From the IMG/VR virus record IMGVR_UViG_3300042402_004372: DNA of 64,000 nt. The stretch is one strand, 5' to 3'. How positions within the stretch are numbered: the first letter of the stretch is position 1; each line of letters starts with the position of its first letter. The translations under genes and the position numbers were made by a program. Shown in pieces: positions 22,125 to 32,644 of this stretch. This DNA is from a virus. The notes below the pieces were generated by a model, which saw only the letters and a program-made list of their open reading frames with translations, did no database searches and had not been told where the DNA came from.

Positions 22125-25100
22125 GTGGATAAGTTTAATTTAAATATTGACAACAGTAGTCAAAAAAAGATAAGAAAAGTAAATAATTTACCACTAGATG
22201 ATTCCTCAACCGCTTTAGCTTGGTTTAATTCAAAGCCAGTAACTCCAGCGAATAACATTTCAGTAACAGATTTGTCCAATTTTATACCAGAGAATTCATA
22301 TTCTTCAAATATTAATGCTTCAAATAGATCTGCAAAAAATAAAATAGTTTTTGCTAACGAACTAGGCATACTAGAAGATTCAGATGGCTATACCGTATTT
22401 GATTCAGACGACATCAGCGTAAGTGATATATTTTTAAATGAACCTGGATTAGATAAGAAATACTACACTGGAGATATAGAAAAAAATGGATTTGTTCATT
22501 CTTTTTATGTTTCTAGATACTACACGCTCCTACCAAGGAGCTCTTACGGGTATGATGGACTTGATGATTTCTTACTAGAATCTAGTGTTCCAAAATCAAT
22601 TAAGGTCATTGATAAAAATGGTTTTGAGTATGTAGATCAATCTACTGGCTTAAAAAAATATAGAATATTAATTGAGGAATTAGATTTACCAATCTATTCA
22701 AATAGATCCAACTTACCTTCTAAGATAATAGTTTTATTTGATAGCCCATCTCCAGTGGATTTATCATTGGTTTATGACAAGGTTGTACTATCTTCAACTG
22801 AGTCAATATCTTCAACAGTTCCTCAATATAAAGAAAATATTAACACTGTTAGTATTTTTAATAGAGTTGCAGAGGAATCAATTGTTGTAGATAATTCTTC
22901 TAGATCAAAAAAAATATATAGCAAAAAATCTATTACAGCAAAAAATAATTTAATCAATAGCACCAATGCTAGAGCAGAAGGCTTTGAGATCTTTGTCCCT
23001 AAAAAAGCCTTATCAGACAATAGAACTTATGAGTCTTTTAACTGGAGATTAATAACTAAGGTTAAAAGATCCGTCGATGTTTCCTCTATAAATAATGGTG
23101 AAGAAATAGATTCAGAAAGTTCTATAAAACAAAAAGTAATTAACTGCGCAGTACTATCAACAACAGCACAGATAGCTGGCATGCAACAGTCTAATGACTT
23201 TGGCGCAGCAAACCCGTATGCCTTTCTAAGGTTAGGGCAGTCCCCATTTAACGCATCTAAGTACACATATACGAACCCACTATCGGCATCTAGCGATGTC
23301 TATGGTAAGAATCAAGCAATGTATTGGCTGTTAAACGTAGACACTGTTACCGATGATCAGCTGTCTTTATACGATATAGTAACTTGGACTCCTAGTTCCC
23401 CAATAACAGCAGAACAGGGTCTAAAGGTAAAGAAGTACCTAGAGCAGACTCAGGGAACACTGGTATTAGATTTATCAAAGCTTTCCGTTGTAACAACACA
23501 GGCAATTGATTATACTGGCGCACAATCAATAGATCCATCCTTATCGGTCAGTGCCCAGGAATATCCGCTAGATACATGGACTTATAATCAGGAAAATATT
23601 TTTCTTAATGAAAATAAAACTAATGCCTGGCCAATTAACCCAGGTATTTTTGAAAGATTAACTGTAGACAATGTTAACTACGATGTATATTCAATATTTG
23701 GAAGAAGCAATCTTTCTAATCTTACAACTAAAAAAACAGTAAAAGAATTTACTGGAAATATTGCAGCCAAAAATGTTGTATTAAGCAATTCTAGAAGCAA
23801 GCCAGTATTCGTTAGTTTAGAGTTTGTCCCTTCTACTGATTCATTATCCAAAGGCGCACTACTGGCCACAACTACACCCATGCTTAAGTATTGCAATGAC
23901 ATATACCAACCATCTTCTATCTTTGATATAGCAACAAGTAACAATGGTCCAACTAGCATAGCTCAAGCTACGTTTACTACTGTAGCAGCAATAGAAGGTC
24001 CAATGAAAATGCTATACAATGCATGTTCGGTTGCATTGTTAAATAGAATATTTTCAACTAAGGTTAAAGATCTAAGATCGTCAATGTACTATCAGGTTTC
24101 AAATTGGCAATCTTCATATGTATTAAATGGGAACGTCTTACTAGAAGACGAGAAGAAAGAAGTATATTCTCTTATTAAAGTAGACAATCAAAATGCTGTT
24201 GGAACTTCAAAATATGCAAGGAATTTAATTCCTAGTAATTCTTCAGTATTAGAATTTTATAAAAAATCTATTTATGACTTTTTGGCTGATCAACATAGCA
24301 TCTCCCTACAAGAGATTGATTCTAGTAATTTAGAATTTTTTATAGAGGTAACAAATGATGATGTACAAATCGCAAATGCTACTCCGATAAAAGGTGGAAA
24401 CGCTGTTTATATAGACGTTGTACGAAGTGGTACAGAGATACCAACTTCTTATCGTTTATTTAAAATAAATAATGATAGCATAACTGGAGCAGTTTATGCC
24501 TATACCGATTCTCCGTCAGCTCAATTTACTATACCTGGTGGATTTGGTCCCTATGTTATAAGGGAGAGACTGTATAGATCATCGACCAAAGAAATAAACG
24601 ATGGACTTTCTAGTTCAATATCTTCGTCTAATAGTTATAAAAATTATACGTTTAATTTTTCTATCTTCAATTCTTATAATCAGTCAAGTGAATCAACGCT
24701 AAGCTTTAGTGCAAATTGGTCAGCAGTTATGACCGCAGAATATACAGCAACACTATCAAGACAAGCAAGATATGAAGACGTTTTTCCACCTGGTTCTCGC
24801 AGGATAGCAGACGACGTTTCTATCACTAACACGTTTGAGACTGGAGCAGCATTTTCGGGTGCAGACAGAATAGACGCCTATAGGAAAGGGATAAATAGTA
24901 CCGACCCAGTTAATAACTTTTTATATACCGGAGATATACAACAGGGTAATATCATCGGAGCATACGGTCCGGGTAAACCAGGTATGCTAGCTGAATATAT
25001 TAAGTATATACAAATAAGTATGAGGGAAGCTGGAATATTAGTTGCCGGAAAACTTCCTGAATTAACTGGAAAATATGAAACAAATACTTTTAATGCAGTA

Positions 25101-27851
25101 AAAGCTTTCCAGTCATCGGTTAACGCTAGGTTTGAATCCGGAACAGTTGATAGCGAAACTAAGTCATTAATTGCAATTCACATTTGGAAATCCATAAAGA
25201 ACTCTGATCCAACCCGATATAGTTCAATAATATCTAGATTGCAAGCAAATAACCCAACAGTTGTTAAGTATGTTGTAGCAGCTGCAGATGCAATAGAATT
25301 ACATGAGCTTCCTAATAGAGATTGGAATTATAGAAAGATAACTTTTACTGGACAGTCTGGTCCTAAGAAATTAGTAGATTCAATATTTCTTGCGGTTCCA
25401 TTTGATCAAATTCCATTTGATGGAATAACGCAACAAGATCTAAAGGGTCAAGTCCTTAAATCTGTAACTATATATCCTGGAACATTTGCGGGTGCGCCGA
25501 ACTATAAAGGAATAGCCCTTAAGCAAGCCGTGGTTTACTCTGGAGTAGATCGAGCTGGCGAGCAGAGAATCAAGGGCGCTGCAGAATATACGACTAGTCC
25601 ATTTAAGATTGAAGTTAATAGGCCTATGTCAGAGTGTATGTTCTTTGCTTTCCAGTTTAATGGTGGTTCATTGGGAGGAAAACATGGTTCATTTGCTGAA
25701 GGATATTCTTTAAATAAGGTTACATTTGAAATTGGTTACACTCTAGATACGTTTAATGCTGAAACAATAGTTGAAAGTGGTTATAGATTAGATACAACTA
25801 CAGCTCCAGTAGAAATAAAGTTTAATGTAGCTGGATCAGTTACTGGTATATCTCCAAATAAGGCTGAAGTCATAGATCTAAATGGAGTTAAATCTACCAA
25901 GTATGCAACAACGCCAGTATCGATAACATATCCTACATGGTCTGGGGAAAAAACTTTAGATCTATCAAATACCACAATTAACTTTAGTAGCACTTCATAT
26001 AGTCCACCATATACACCTTACTCGGATTCTAATTTAGAACCTCAGTATAAAGATGAATCTATATCAATAAACTTAACACAGGCAAAAGCTGTATCAATAA
26101 ATTCAAATACCTTTGCTGCTACTAGTGTTGTTTCAGCGACTGGAAACCCAGTAAATAGTTCAGATTTAAATCTAAGTATTTCTTCGAATAGATTAGTTTT
26201 TGAGACTTCATCTCTTATATATGAAAATTCAAACGTAATCAAAAGCGCCGAGAAACTTTTAGATAATTACTGGTTAATGAAAACAGATGGTTCAATAATA
26301 AAGTCAGCAAAAAAAGCAATTTCTGTTTTAGATGGTTTGGTTCTTTTAACTCAACCAAGTTTAGACCCAGATAAAGTTGGCAAACCGTATGGCATAGAAC
26401 TTCAATCTTTTGTAAATACTCTTTCTACTGATCGAGAATTTAATACAGATTATGGATCTTTTATATTAACAAATAATGCTAGAGATGATGGTGGTTTTAT
26501 TTATGGGTTCTATGATAATAAGAAAAAAGAATTTTTAGGTACGAATCTTTATTATGTAGATTATATTTCAAGAGGTCCAGAAAACGTTTATATCGCTGCA
26601 CTAGCAGTAGATGCAGATGGAAATCTTGGAAATGGATTAGACTTCTTTGGACCAAAGACTTCTGGTAAAATAATACCTTCTTCTATACCCGTAAAGATGG
26701 CATGTCCTATATACAATGTTGAATATGTTCCATCATCAAGAATAGGCATATCATCGATTCCACCAAATCTTTCAAAGCTTCAGCAGTGGCCATTGTATAT
26801 AACATCTGGATCTTTTACAAAAGACATATACATAAACCCAGCTTATGGTTGGACTTCTTGGGCTGAGAAGTACACAGGTAAAGTGTTAAGAGCTACGTAT
26901 TCAACCTTAAATATGGGTAACGTGATCTGGTCTCAGATTGCTGGTAAGCCATATATTACCATAATTAATGAAACACCAATAGTTTTATCATCTAAGAGAT
27001 ATCAGTTAATGCAAGTTCCTGTAGCTACTTTTGTAGAACCTTCGCAGATGGAATGTGGATCAGTAGTTAATTGGGTTGATTTTGAAACAAGAGAATCAGT
27101 TGACTCACCATGGACGGCGGTAGATTCAAATCTTATAAGAAATATTAATTCTCAGACTGGAATAGTTGATTTCATTACACCCATAACGAGTGACCCAGAT
27201 CTAATAAGGGTAAGCTACACTGCTAAATCAAATGGTATTCCACTCAAGCAAATTAACGGCAGAGTTATTCCATTAAATCCATTTCTTAATAAAAATACAG
27301 TAGAAGCAGAAAAGCCTCTACACATATATATTAAACCTATAAGAATAGAAGTTAGAAGCTCTAGTCAAGCTGGCTATGTTTGGGATTATGTTAGTGACTA
27401 TTTATATGATTCTCCAATAGATTTTACTTATAATACTTCTATTTTTGATCCATATAATAGCGTTAACTACGATCCATTTTCTCTTCAAATAGGACTGGTT
27501 CACGTATTGAATTCTGTGGATATTAAAGATTTAGCTATTGAAGATTTAAGATTAAAAGGCGGAGGATTAAAGGCTACTATGGGTAAGACTATAGATGTAC
27601 AATCTTATGGATCTCTCGATATAAACAAGGTCTTTAAAGAAGTCAAAGAAGCATCTTCATTCTGGGATGTTTATCCACCAGATCAACAGGCATATTCTAA
27701 GGGCGGATTCATTATAATAAAACTTCCAAAAGAAGTATTAAATAATTTTACTAGTGAAGCAGAGTTGTATAGTATAATAAGTAAGAACATAACCGCTGGT
27801 GTAGCATATAAGATTCAAGATATGGAAGGAAATGATTGGGGTGTATTATAA
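22125..27851 (+). CDS. 1908-aa structural protein with an internal peptidoglycan-binding domain
   Basis: GKYETNTFNAVKAFQ..SGTVDSET resembles PG_binding_1; virion module context. Confidence 0.55.
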   Translation: MDKFNLNIDNSSQKKIRKVNNLPLDDSSTALAWFNSKPVTPANNISVTDLSNFIPENSYSSNINASNRSAKNKIVFANELGILEDSDGYTVFDSDDISVSDIFLNEPGLDKKYYTGDIEKNGFVHSFYVSRYYTLLPRSSYGYDGLDDFLLESSVPKSIKVIDKNGFEYVDQSTGLKKYRILIEELDLPIYSNRSNLPSKIIVLFDSPSPVDLSLVYDKVVLSSTESISSTVPQYKENINTVSIFNRVAEESIVVDNSSRSKKIYSKKSITAKNNLINSTNARAEGFEIFVPKKALSDNRTYESFNWRLITKVKRSVDVSSINNGEEIDSESSIKQKVINCAVLSTTAQIAGMQQSNDFGAANPYAFLRLGQSPFNASKYTYTNPLSASSDVYGKNQAMYWLLNVDTVTDDQLSLYDIVTWTPSSPITAEQGLKVKKYLEQTQGTLVLDLSKLSVVTTQAIDYTGAQSIDPSLSVSAQEYPLDTWTYNQENIFLNENKTNAWPINPGIFERLTVDNVNYDVYSIFGRSNLSNLTTKKTVKEFTGNIAAKNVVLSNSRSKPVFVSLEFVPSTDSLSKGALLATTTPMLKYCNDIYQPSSIFDIATSNNGPTSIAQATFTTVAAIEGPMKMLYNACSVALLNRIFSTKVKDLRSSMYYQVSNWQSSYVLNGNVLLEDEKKEVYSLIKVDNQNAVGTSKYARNLIPSNSSVLEFYKKSIYDFLADQHSISLQEIDSSNLEFFIEVTNDDVQIANATPIKGGNAVYIDVVRSGTEIPTSYRLFKINNDSITGAVYAYTDSPSAQFTIPGGFGPYVIRERLYRSSTKEINDGLSSSISSSNSYKNYTFNFSIFNSYNQSSESTLSFSANWSAVMTAEYTATLSRQARYEDVFPPGSRRIADDVSITNTFETGAAFSGADRIDAYRKGINSTDPVNNFLYTGDIQQGNIIGAYGPGKPGMLAEYIKYIQISMREAGILVAGKLPELTGKYETNTFNAVKAFQSSVNARFESGTVDSETKSLIAIHIWKSIKNSDPTRYSSIISRLQANNPTVVKYVVAAADAIELHELPNRDWNYRKITFTGQSGPKKLVDSIFLAVPFDQIPFDGITQQDLKGQVLKSVTIYPGTFAGAPNYKGIALKQAVVYSGVDRAGEQRIKGAAEYTTSPFKIEVNRPMSECMFFAFQFNGGSLGGKHGSFAEGYSLNKVTFEIGYTLDTFNAETIVESGYRLDTTTAPVEIKFNVAGSVTGISPNKAEVIDLNGVKSTKYATTPVSITYPTWSGEKTLDLSNTTINFSSTSYSPPYTPYSDSNLEPQYKDESISINLTQAKAVSINSNTFAATSVVSATGNPVNSSDLNLSISSNRLVFETSSLIYENSNVIKSAEKLLDNYWLMKTDGSIIKSAKKAISVLDGLVLLTQPSLDPDKVGKPYGIELQSFVNTLSTDREFNTDYGSFILTNNARDDGGFIYGFYDNKKKEFLGTNLYYVDYISRGPENVYIAALAVDADGNLGNGLDFFGPKTSGKIIPSSIPVKMACPIYNVEYVPSSRIGISSIPPNLSKLQQWPLYITSGSFTKDIYINPAYGWTSWAEKYTGKVLRATYSTLNMGNVIWSQIAGKPYITIINETPIVLSSKRYQLMQVPVATFVEPSQMECGSVVNWVDFETRESVDSPWTAVDSNLIRNINSQTGIVDFITPITSDPDLIRVSYTAKSNGIPLKQINGRVIPLNPFLNKNTVEAEKPLHIYIKPIRIEVRSSSQAGYVWDYVSDYLYDSPIDFTYNTSIFDPYNSVNYDPFSLQIGLVHVLNSVDIKDLAIEDLRLKGGGLKATMGKTIDVQSYGSLDINKVFKEVKEASSFWDVYPPDQQAYSKGGFIIIKLPKEVLNNFTSEAELYSIISKNITAGVAYKIQDMEGNDWGVL

Positions 27852-30484
27852 TGATTAACTTTCTTCCTAATATAATTAAAACATTTTCTGACAATTCCCA
27901 GCAAAGTGTTGGCTATTTAATCAAAAGCATTAAAGCCGATAAAGCACAGGTAGCAGAATTAGTTAAAAGTCTTTCTAATTTTTCTGTTGGAGCAGACTTT
28001 GCCCCAACTTTAATGAGGTCTAGGGCAATTATAGAATCTGAATTCTTTGTTGATATTTTTAGAGATGTACAAATAAGATTTGATAGATATTTTTCAGCAT
28101 CTAATTCAATTAGCGTATCTTTAAACTCGATGATAGAAGTCATGTCATCTCAAGTGGCAAAAATAGAAAAAAATATTTCTATTTTAGAAAATTATATAGA
28201 TAACTATGATTTTATTTCAGGAAAAGATGATCTTTATAATGACTCTTATATAGAAAATTTTAATGATTTCTTAAAATCAAATACTTATGATGCTTCTCCA
28301 GTCCCCTTTGTAGATAGAGGCGGCGCTGCTTTTGATGAAAATGGAAATGGCTTTGTTGATCCAATTGTTTCAAAATTTAAAATTGGCAATGGTATTGACT
28401 TTGTTAATACCATAGGTTTTATAAAGTCAGTAGACTATGAAACAAACTATAATCAATACATTTCTTCCATAACTGATTATGAGTCTTTATTTAACGAGAA
28501 GCAGTCGAATGTGTGGAACGTCTCAGTTCAATCACCAACAGTACTAACTTCTATCCCACCATCATTTTCTCAAAATATAGATTATGACTATTCTTATATA
28601 GTTGGTGCTAAGACGGTAATGACAATAAACTTTATAAAAGAAATTGAAATGGATTTAATTAGAATAAATCCTAATGAATATGATGGACTGCAGCTGATGC
28701 AAGTAGTCGTAGAATCAGCAAATATAGCAGAAAGAATCTATTCAAGCAATTCTAATGTTCCTAGCTCTGGTTATGAAAAAAAGAAAATTCTATTATCTCC
28801 AGTAAAGATAAATTCTGTATTAGATATTAACTTTCCTTTAGATAAAGTAAAGAGTATAACGCTTATATTTAATCAAAGCACGTATAAGAAAAATACTATT
28901 TCACCAACCTCAGATGAAGTATCTTCAAGGTTAATTCATGAATTACTAAATGGTATAAGGAAAAGCAAGAAAAATAATCACAGTAAACTTCAAGACATAG
29001 TCCTAGAATATTTTAGAAAATTCAATTCAATAGATGAAGCAAAAAGAAATTCGTATGCGTACACTGATTACTATACATATAAATATCCAATTGGCAAAGT
29101 TGGATCCCAACCATTTTTAAATGAAAAAAATAATTCAATATCTTTAGACCAGGAAAATCGCCTGTCGTCTAGTAATCATCTTTCTGTAATGGTAAAAAAT
29201 ATAGTGTCGCAAACACTAGGTGATAGATTTAAGTTGTTTGATGATTCATTATTTGTAGATAGCAGATTAAATAATAGGGGTGGATTTCTTGGTAAGATCG
29301 GAAATTCTCCAAGTATTCTAAGTAAGAATTCAAACTCATTAGATAAAAATCTAGTAAGCTTTTCAGATGATGCCATTATGTCTGGATCAAACATCTATTC
29401 TACAAATATGTTAAGAAGCAAAAATCAAAATGTAGAAAATTATATGTATTCCTTTTCATTAAAGGGAGTACAGTTTGGTAAGACAAGGCAGATCTCAAAT
29501 GCAACAAACTCACTCTTTACCAATAAGGCATGCTTCATCAGTTCTAAAATTCCGATAGACGGGAATCCTCTAGCTGTTAAGGCTAAGTTGAATTTAGAAA
29601 AAGTTGATGAGAGTAAGGCGCTTCCAGATTTTGATCTTAAAGAAGCAAACTCATATGAATTATCAATTTCAATAAAAGAAAATCCAACTTCAGAAAATGA
29701 TTGGATACCAATTATTTCTTATGATAACAATGACATTAATTCTGAATTTTTATTTTTTGATTCAATAAGTAAAACAGCATTTTTAAGATTTTTTCCAATT
29801 GATACATCTATAAAAATATATTCAAATCAAAAATTAATTCCAGAAAGTCAATATACTATAAACAAGTTTAATAGATCAATTTATATAAATTCTTTTGATC
29901 CAAAGAATAATTATGTTGCTAGTTATACGGCAGACAATGTTAACTTTACTCAAAATTACATAGATATATCTAAACTTTTGGCCGGCAATCAAACCTTATC
30001 AGCTTATTCTAATGATAAAAATGGTGAGTTCTTTGAAAGAACTGCATCAAATAATGGTATCAAATTAGTTAATCAACCGTATATAAACTATGATAAGCTA
30101 AAAAAGGCTTCCTACAGTCAAAGAGGTGGTACTATTAACACGATAGAGTACACCGGTTATACTCCAGTGCTTGTAAAGTTTTCTGATGGTTCATATGCCA
30201 CTAATCTTACTAACTATAAATTAGGTAGTTTTGAAAAGGGTGAATTTTATGATACTCAGGAAGTTCTATTCTTTCATAATGGAAAGAATATCATCTTCAA
30301 TAAAACTATTACTCAACCTTTTAACGTTATATATGAATATTTAAATAGTCAAGTAAGATTTAGGTTAATTATAAGAAATAATTTTAATAACTATTTTTCA
30401 TCTGGTTCAGTAGACAATGTTATACTTAAGTTTAAGACAAAAAACTCTGATCATATGGCAAATAATCTTTTAAGATTGGGATAA
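27851..30484 (+). CDS. Putative structural protein
   Basis: Long ORF with TAATG overlap to the upstream gene; N/S-rich. Confidence 0.5.
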   Translation: MINFLPNIIKTFSDNSQQSVGYLIKSIKADKAQVAELVKSLSNFSVGADFAPTLMRSRAIIESEFFVDIFRDVQIRFDRYFSASNSISVSLNSMIEVMSSQVAKIEKNISILENYIDNYDFISGKDDLYNDSYIENFNDFLKSNTYDASPVPFVDRGGAAFDENGNGFVDPIVSKFKIGNGIDFVNTIGFIKSVDYETNYNQYISSITDYESLFNEKQSNVWNVSVQSPTVLTSIPPSFSQNIDYDYSYIVGAKTVMTINFIKEIEMDLIRINPNEYDGLQLMQVVVESANIAERIYSSNSNVPSSGYEKKKILLSPVKINSVLDINFPLDKVKSITLIFNQSTYKKNTISPTSDEVSSRLIHELLNGIRKSKKNNHSKLQDIVLEYFRKFNSIDEAKRNSYAYTDYYTYKYPIGKVGSQPFLNEKNNSISLDQENRLSSSNHLSVMVKNIVSQTLGDRFKLFDDSLFVDSRLNNRGGFLGKIGNSPSILSKNSNSLDKNLVSFSDDAIMSGSNIYSTNMLRSKNQNVENYMYSFSLKGVQFGKTRQISNATNSLFTNKACFISSKIPIDGNPLAVKAKLNLEKVDESKALPDFDLKEANSYELSISIKENPTSENDWIPIISYDNNDINSEFLFFDSISKTAFLRFFPIDTSIKIYSNQKLIPESQYTINKFNRSIYINSFDPKNNYVASYTADNVNFTQNYIDISKLLAGNQTLSAYSNDKNGEFFERTASNNGIKLVNQPYINYDKLKKASYSQRGGTINTIEYTGYTPVLVKFSDGSYATNLTNYKLGSFEKGEFYDTQEVLFFHNGKNIIFNKTITQPFNVIYEYLNSQVRFRLIIRNNFNNYFSSGSVDNVILKFKTKNSDHMANNLLRLG

Positions 30485-30486
30485 AA

Positions 30487-32644
30487 ATGGCTCAACTATC
30501 TACAAATACAGTATTCTATGATCAACTTATTAAGAAGGTACAAGCCTTTCTAAGGAAGTATTCTCAAAATACAGTTAGCTCATATGAAGATATGTCAGAA
30601 GAATTTCACATACTTATAACTGAGATAAATAAATACTCGACTGATCCAATAGCAAAATATAATCAAGTAATAAAAGGTGAGCCACCATCTTCCGAAAAGT
30701 TCAATGCATTTATTTCTGGGGTTGCAGATGATTTAAATATAATAGCTAAGCAACTTGATTATCAGAGTGCGCAGTTGGTATCTTTGTATAATTTATTTAA
30801 CTCTGAAATAGAAAAAGAAAACCAATTTGCCAATAGAATTAAATCAAAAGTAAGAATACTACAAGCTTATTCAGAAGCACCTAGTGAGGACCTGTATTAC
30901 TTTGGTGACTCATTTGAGAATATGGATTTTATAGATGTAGAAAAAACACCCAAGAACCTCATTGCATCGATTAGAAACGGGAATGCGTCGCTTCCAGTTA
31001 TCGACACGAATGCTTGGAGTGTTAGATCAATTTCAATTGATGAAAAAGAATCTAATGGATTCATTGGGAATAATCATATGGTGTATGCGAAAGAGAATAT
31101 AGATTCAAACTATCGTTACATGTTCCAGGACAATAACTCTGTGGGACTCCTGCAGAACGTAACTGATTCTAACCCTTTAACATATTTTGAGTATGAGGGA
31201 ATATACATAGACCCAATACTAAAAAATAAAAATGGAGCAAAAGATTTTGAATTTACATATTCTTCTAAAATCTCAACAGATGGAAAAACAGATACTGTTT
31301 ATAAAAATTGGTCAGAAAAAATTCTTAAAGAACCACTTAAGCTAACCTTAAAATTAAGAACAGATTCTTCAAGAAAAACAAATTCTATATCTATAGTTCC
31401 TTATTTCGGACAAAGTCGGAGCACCATATTCCGAGTTAAAAGTTTCTTCTATAACTGCAATTTCTAAAATAACAAATCAAACTGTTGAGCTTTTAGATTC
31501 TCCGATTTATATAGGTTCTAATTTCATTCCTCAAAATATTGAATCTAAAAAAAATTACTACTATAATAAAGCCGTAGTTTATTTTAATGAAATAGTTACA
31601 TCAGAAATAACTGTTAAGTTAGAGCAATCAGACTACTCCGATATAACGATGCAGCACATGTATTGGAAACCGTTTTCAAACACCGGATCTCTTGCTCCAC
31701 TGAATACTAATAGTAGATTTGATCCAGCTGGATTTAGTGCTATTGGTTTTCAAGATGTCCAGTTTAATTATTTAGATTTAGTTCCAAGTATTCTTCGTCC
31801 CAATGTTTCAAAAGATCAGTCTAGTCTTGCAACAAAGAAGATTAATATCACGTATAAAGAAGCCATAAAGGTAGAGAGGTATGTTGTAACCTTTAAGAGA
31901 TTAGGTTCTTCTGCAACTCCATCTTTACAAAAATACTATTATGTAAACCCAGCAATAGGTTATCAAACTTTAGCTAAACAACAAGAAATAGCAGCTGTAT
32001 CTGATATTGGTTTATCCTTCCAGTACGAAAGTTTAACTGCCGCTGAAACGGCAAAAAAGTATATACAAACAAAAATATCAAGCGCAGAATGGTCTGGTTC
32101 TAATTTTCAAGATTTAGCAGTAGAAACAATTAAGTCAGATTTAGGACCTAAGTATTTAACATCATCTATTCTGCTTCAAAGAAATTTTGAAATTTATCCA
32201 GCTAAAAGATTTACGATAGGACTTAGGTCCATAGATGTTAACTATAGCGTATATGCACAAAAAGCTCAGTTAATATCTAAGCCATTTGTATTTGGTTACA
32301 ATGTAAAAAATCTAACTGTATCTTCTGATACCACATTTAGCCTTCAGGGTGGCAACTCAAATATAACCTACATTAAATATTATATATCAATAGATGATGG
32401 GAAAAAATGGATACAAATTTCTCCGATAGAAGATCCGTTTAATGGTATTCCTGAAATATTATCATTTAATGAAAATGTAGAAAGCTTTGGTCAAGTAAAA
32501 GGAGTTTCATATTTTAACTCTCCAGACATACCATCTGATACAAAGTCAATTAGAATAAAAATTGATATAGAAAAACCAAGATATGAAAACACTACACCTG
32601 TTATTTACTCATATCAAATAGCCGGAAGAGTTGAACAATTATGA
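30487..32644 (+). CDS. Putative structural protein, about 718 aa, joined by a +1 shift at CGG 31417
   Basis: ORF 30487-31467 joins the +1 frame open from 31397 to 32644; architecture resembles neighbours (N-terminal helical part, C-terminal W..ISP..IR motif also seen in 32641-34866). Confidence 0.65.
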
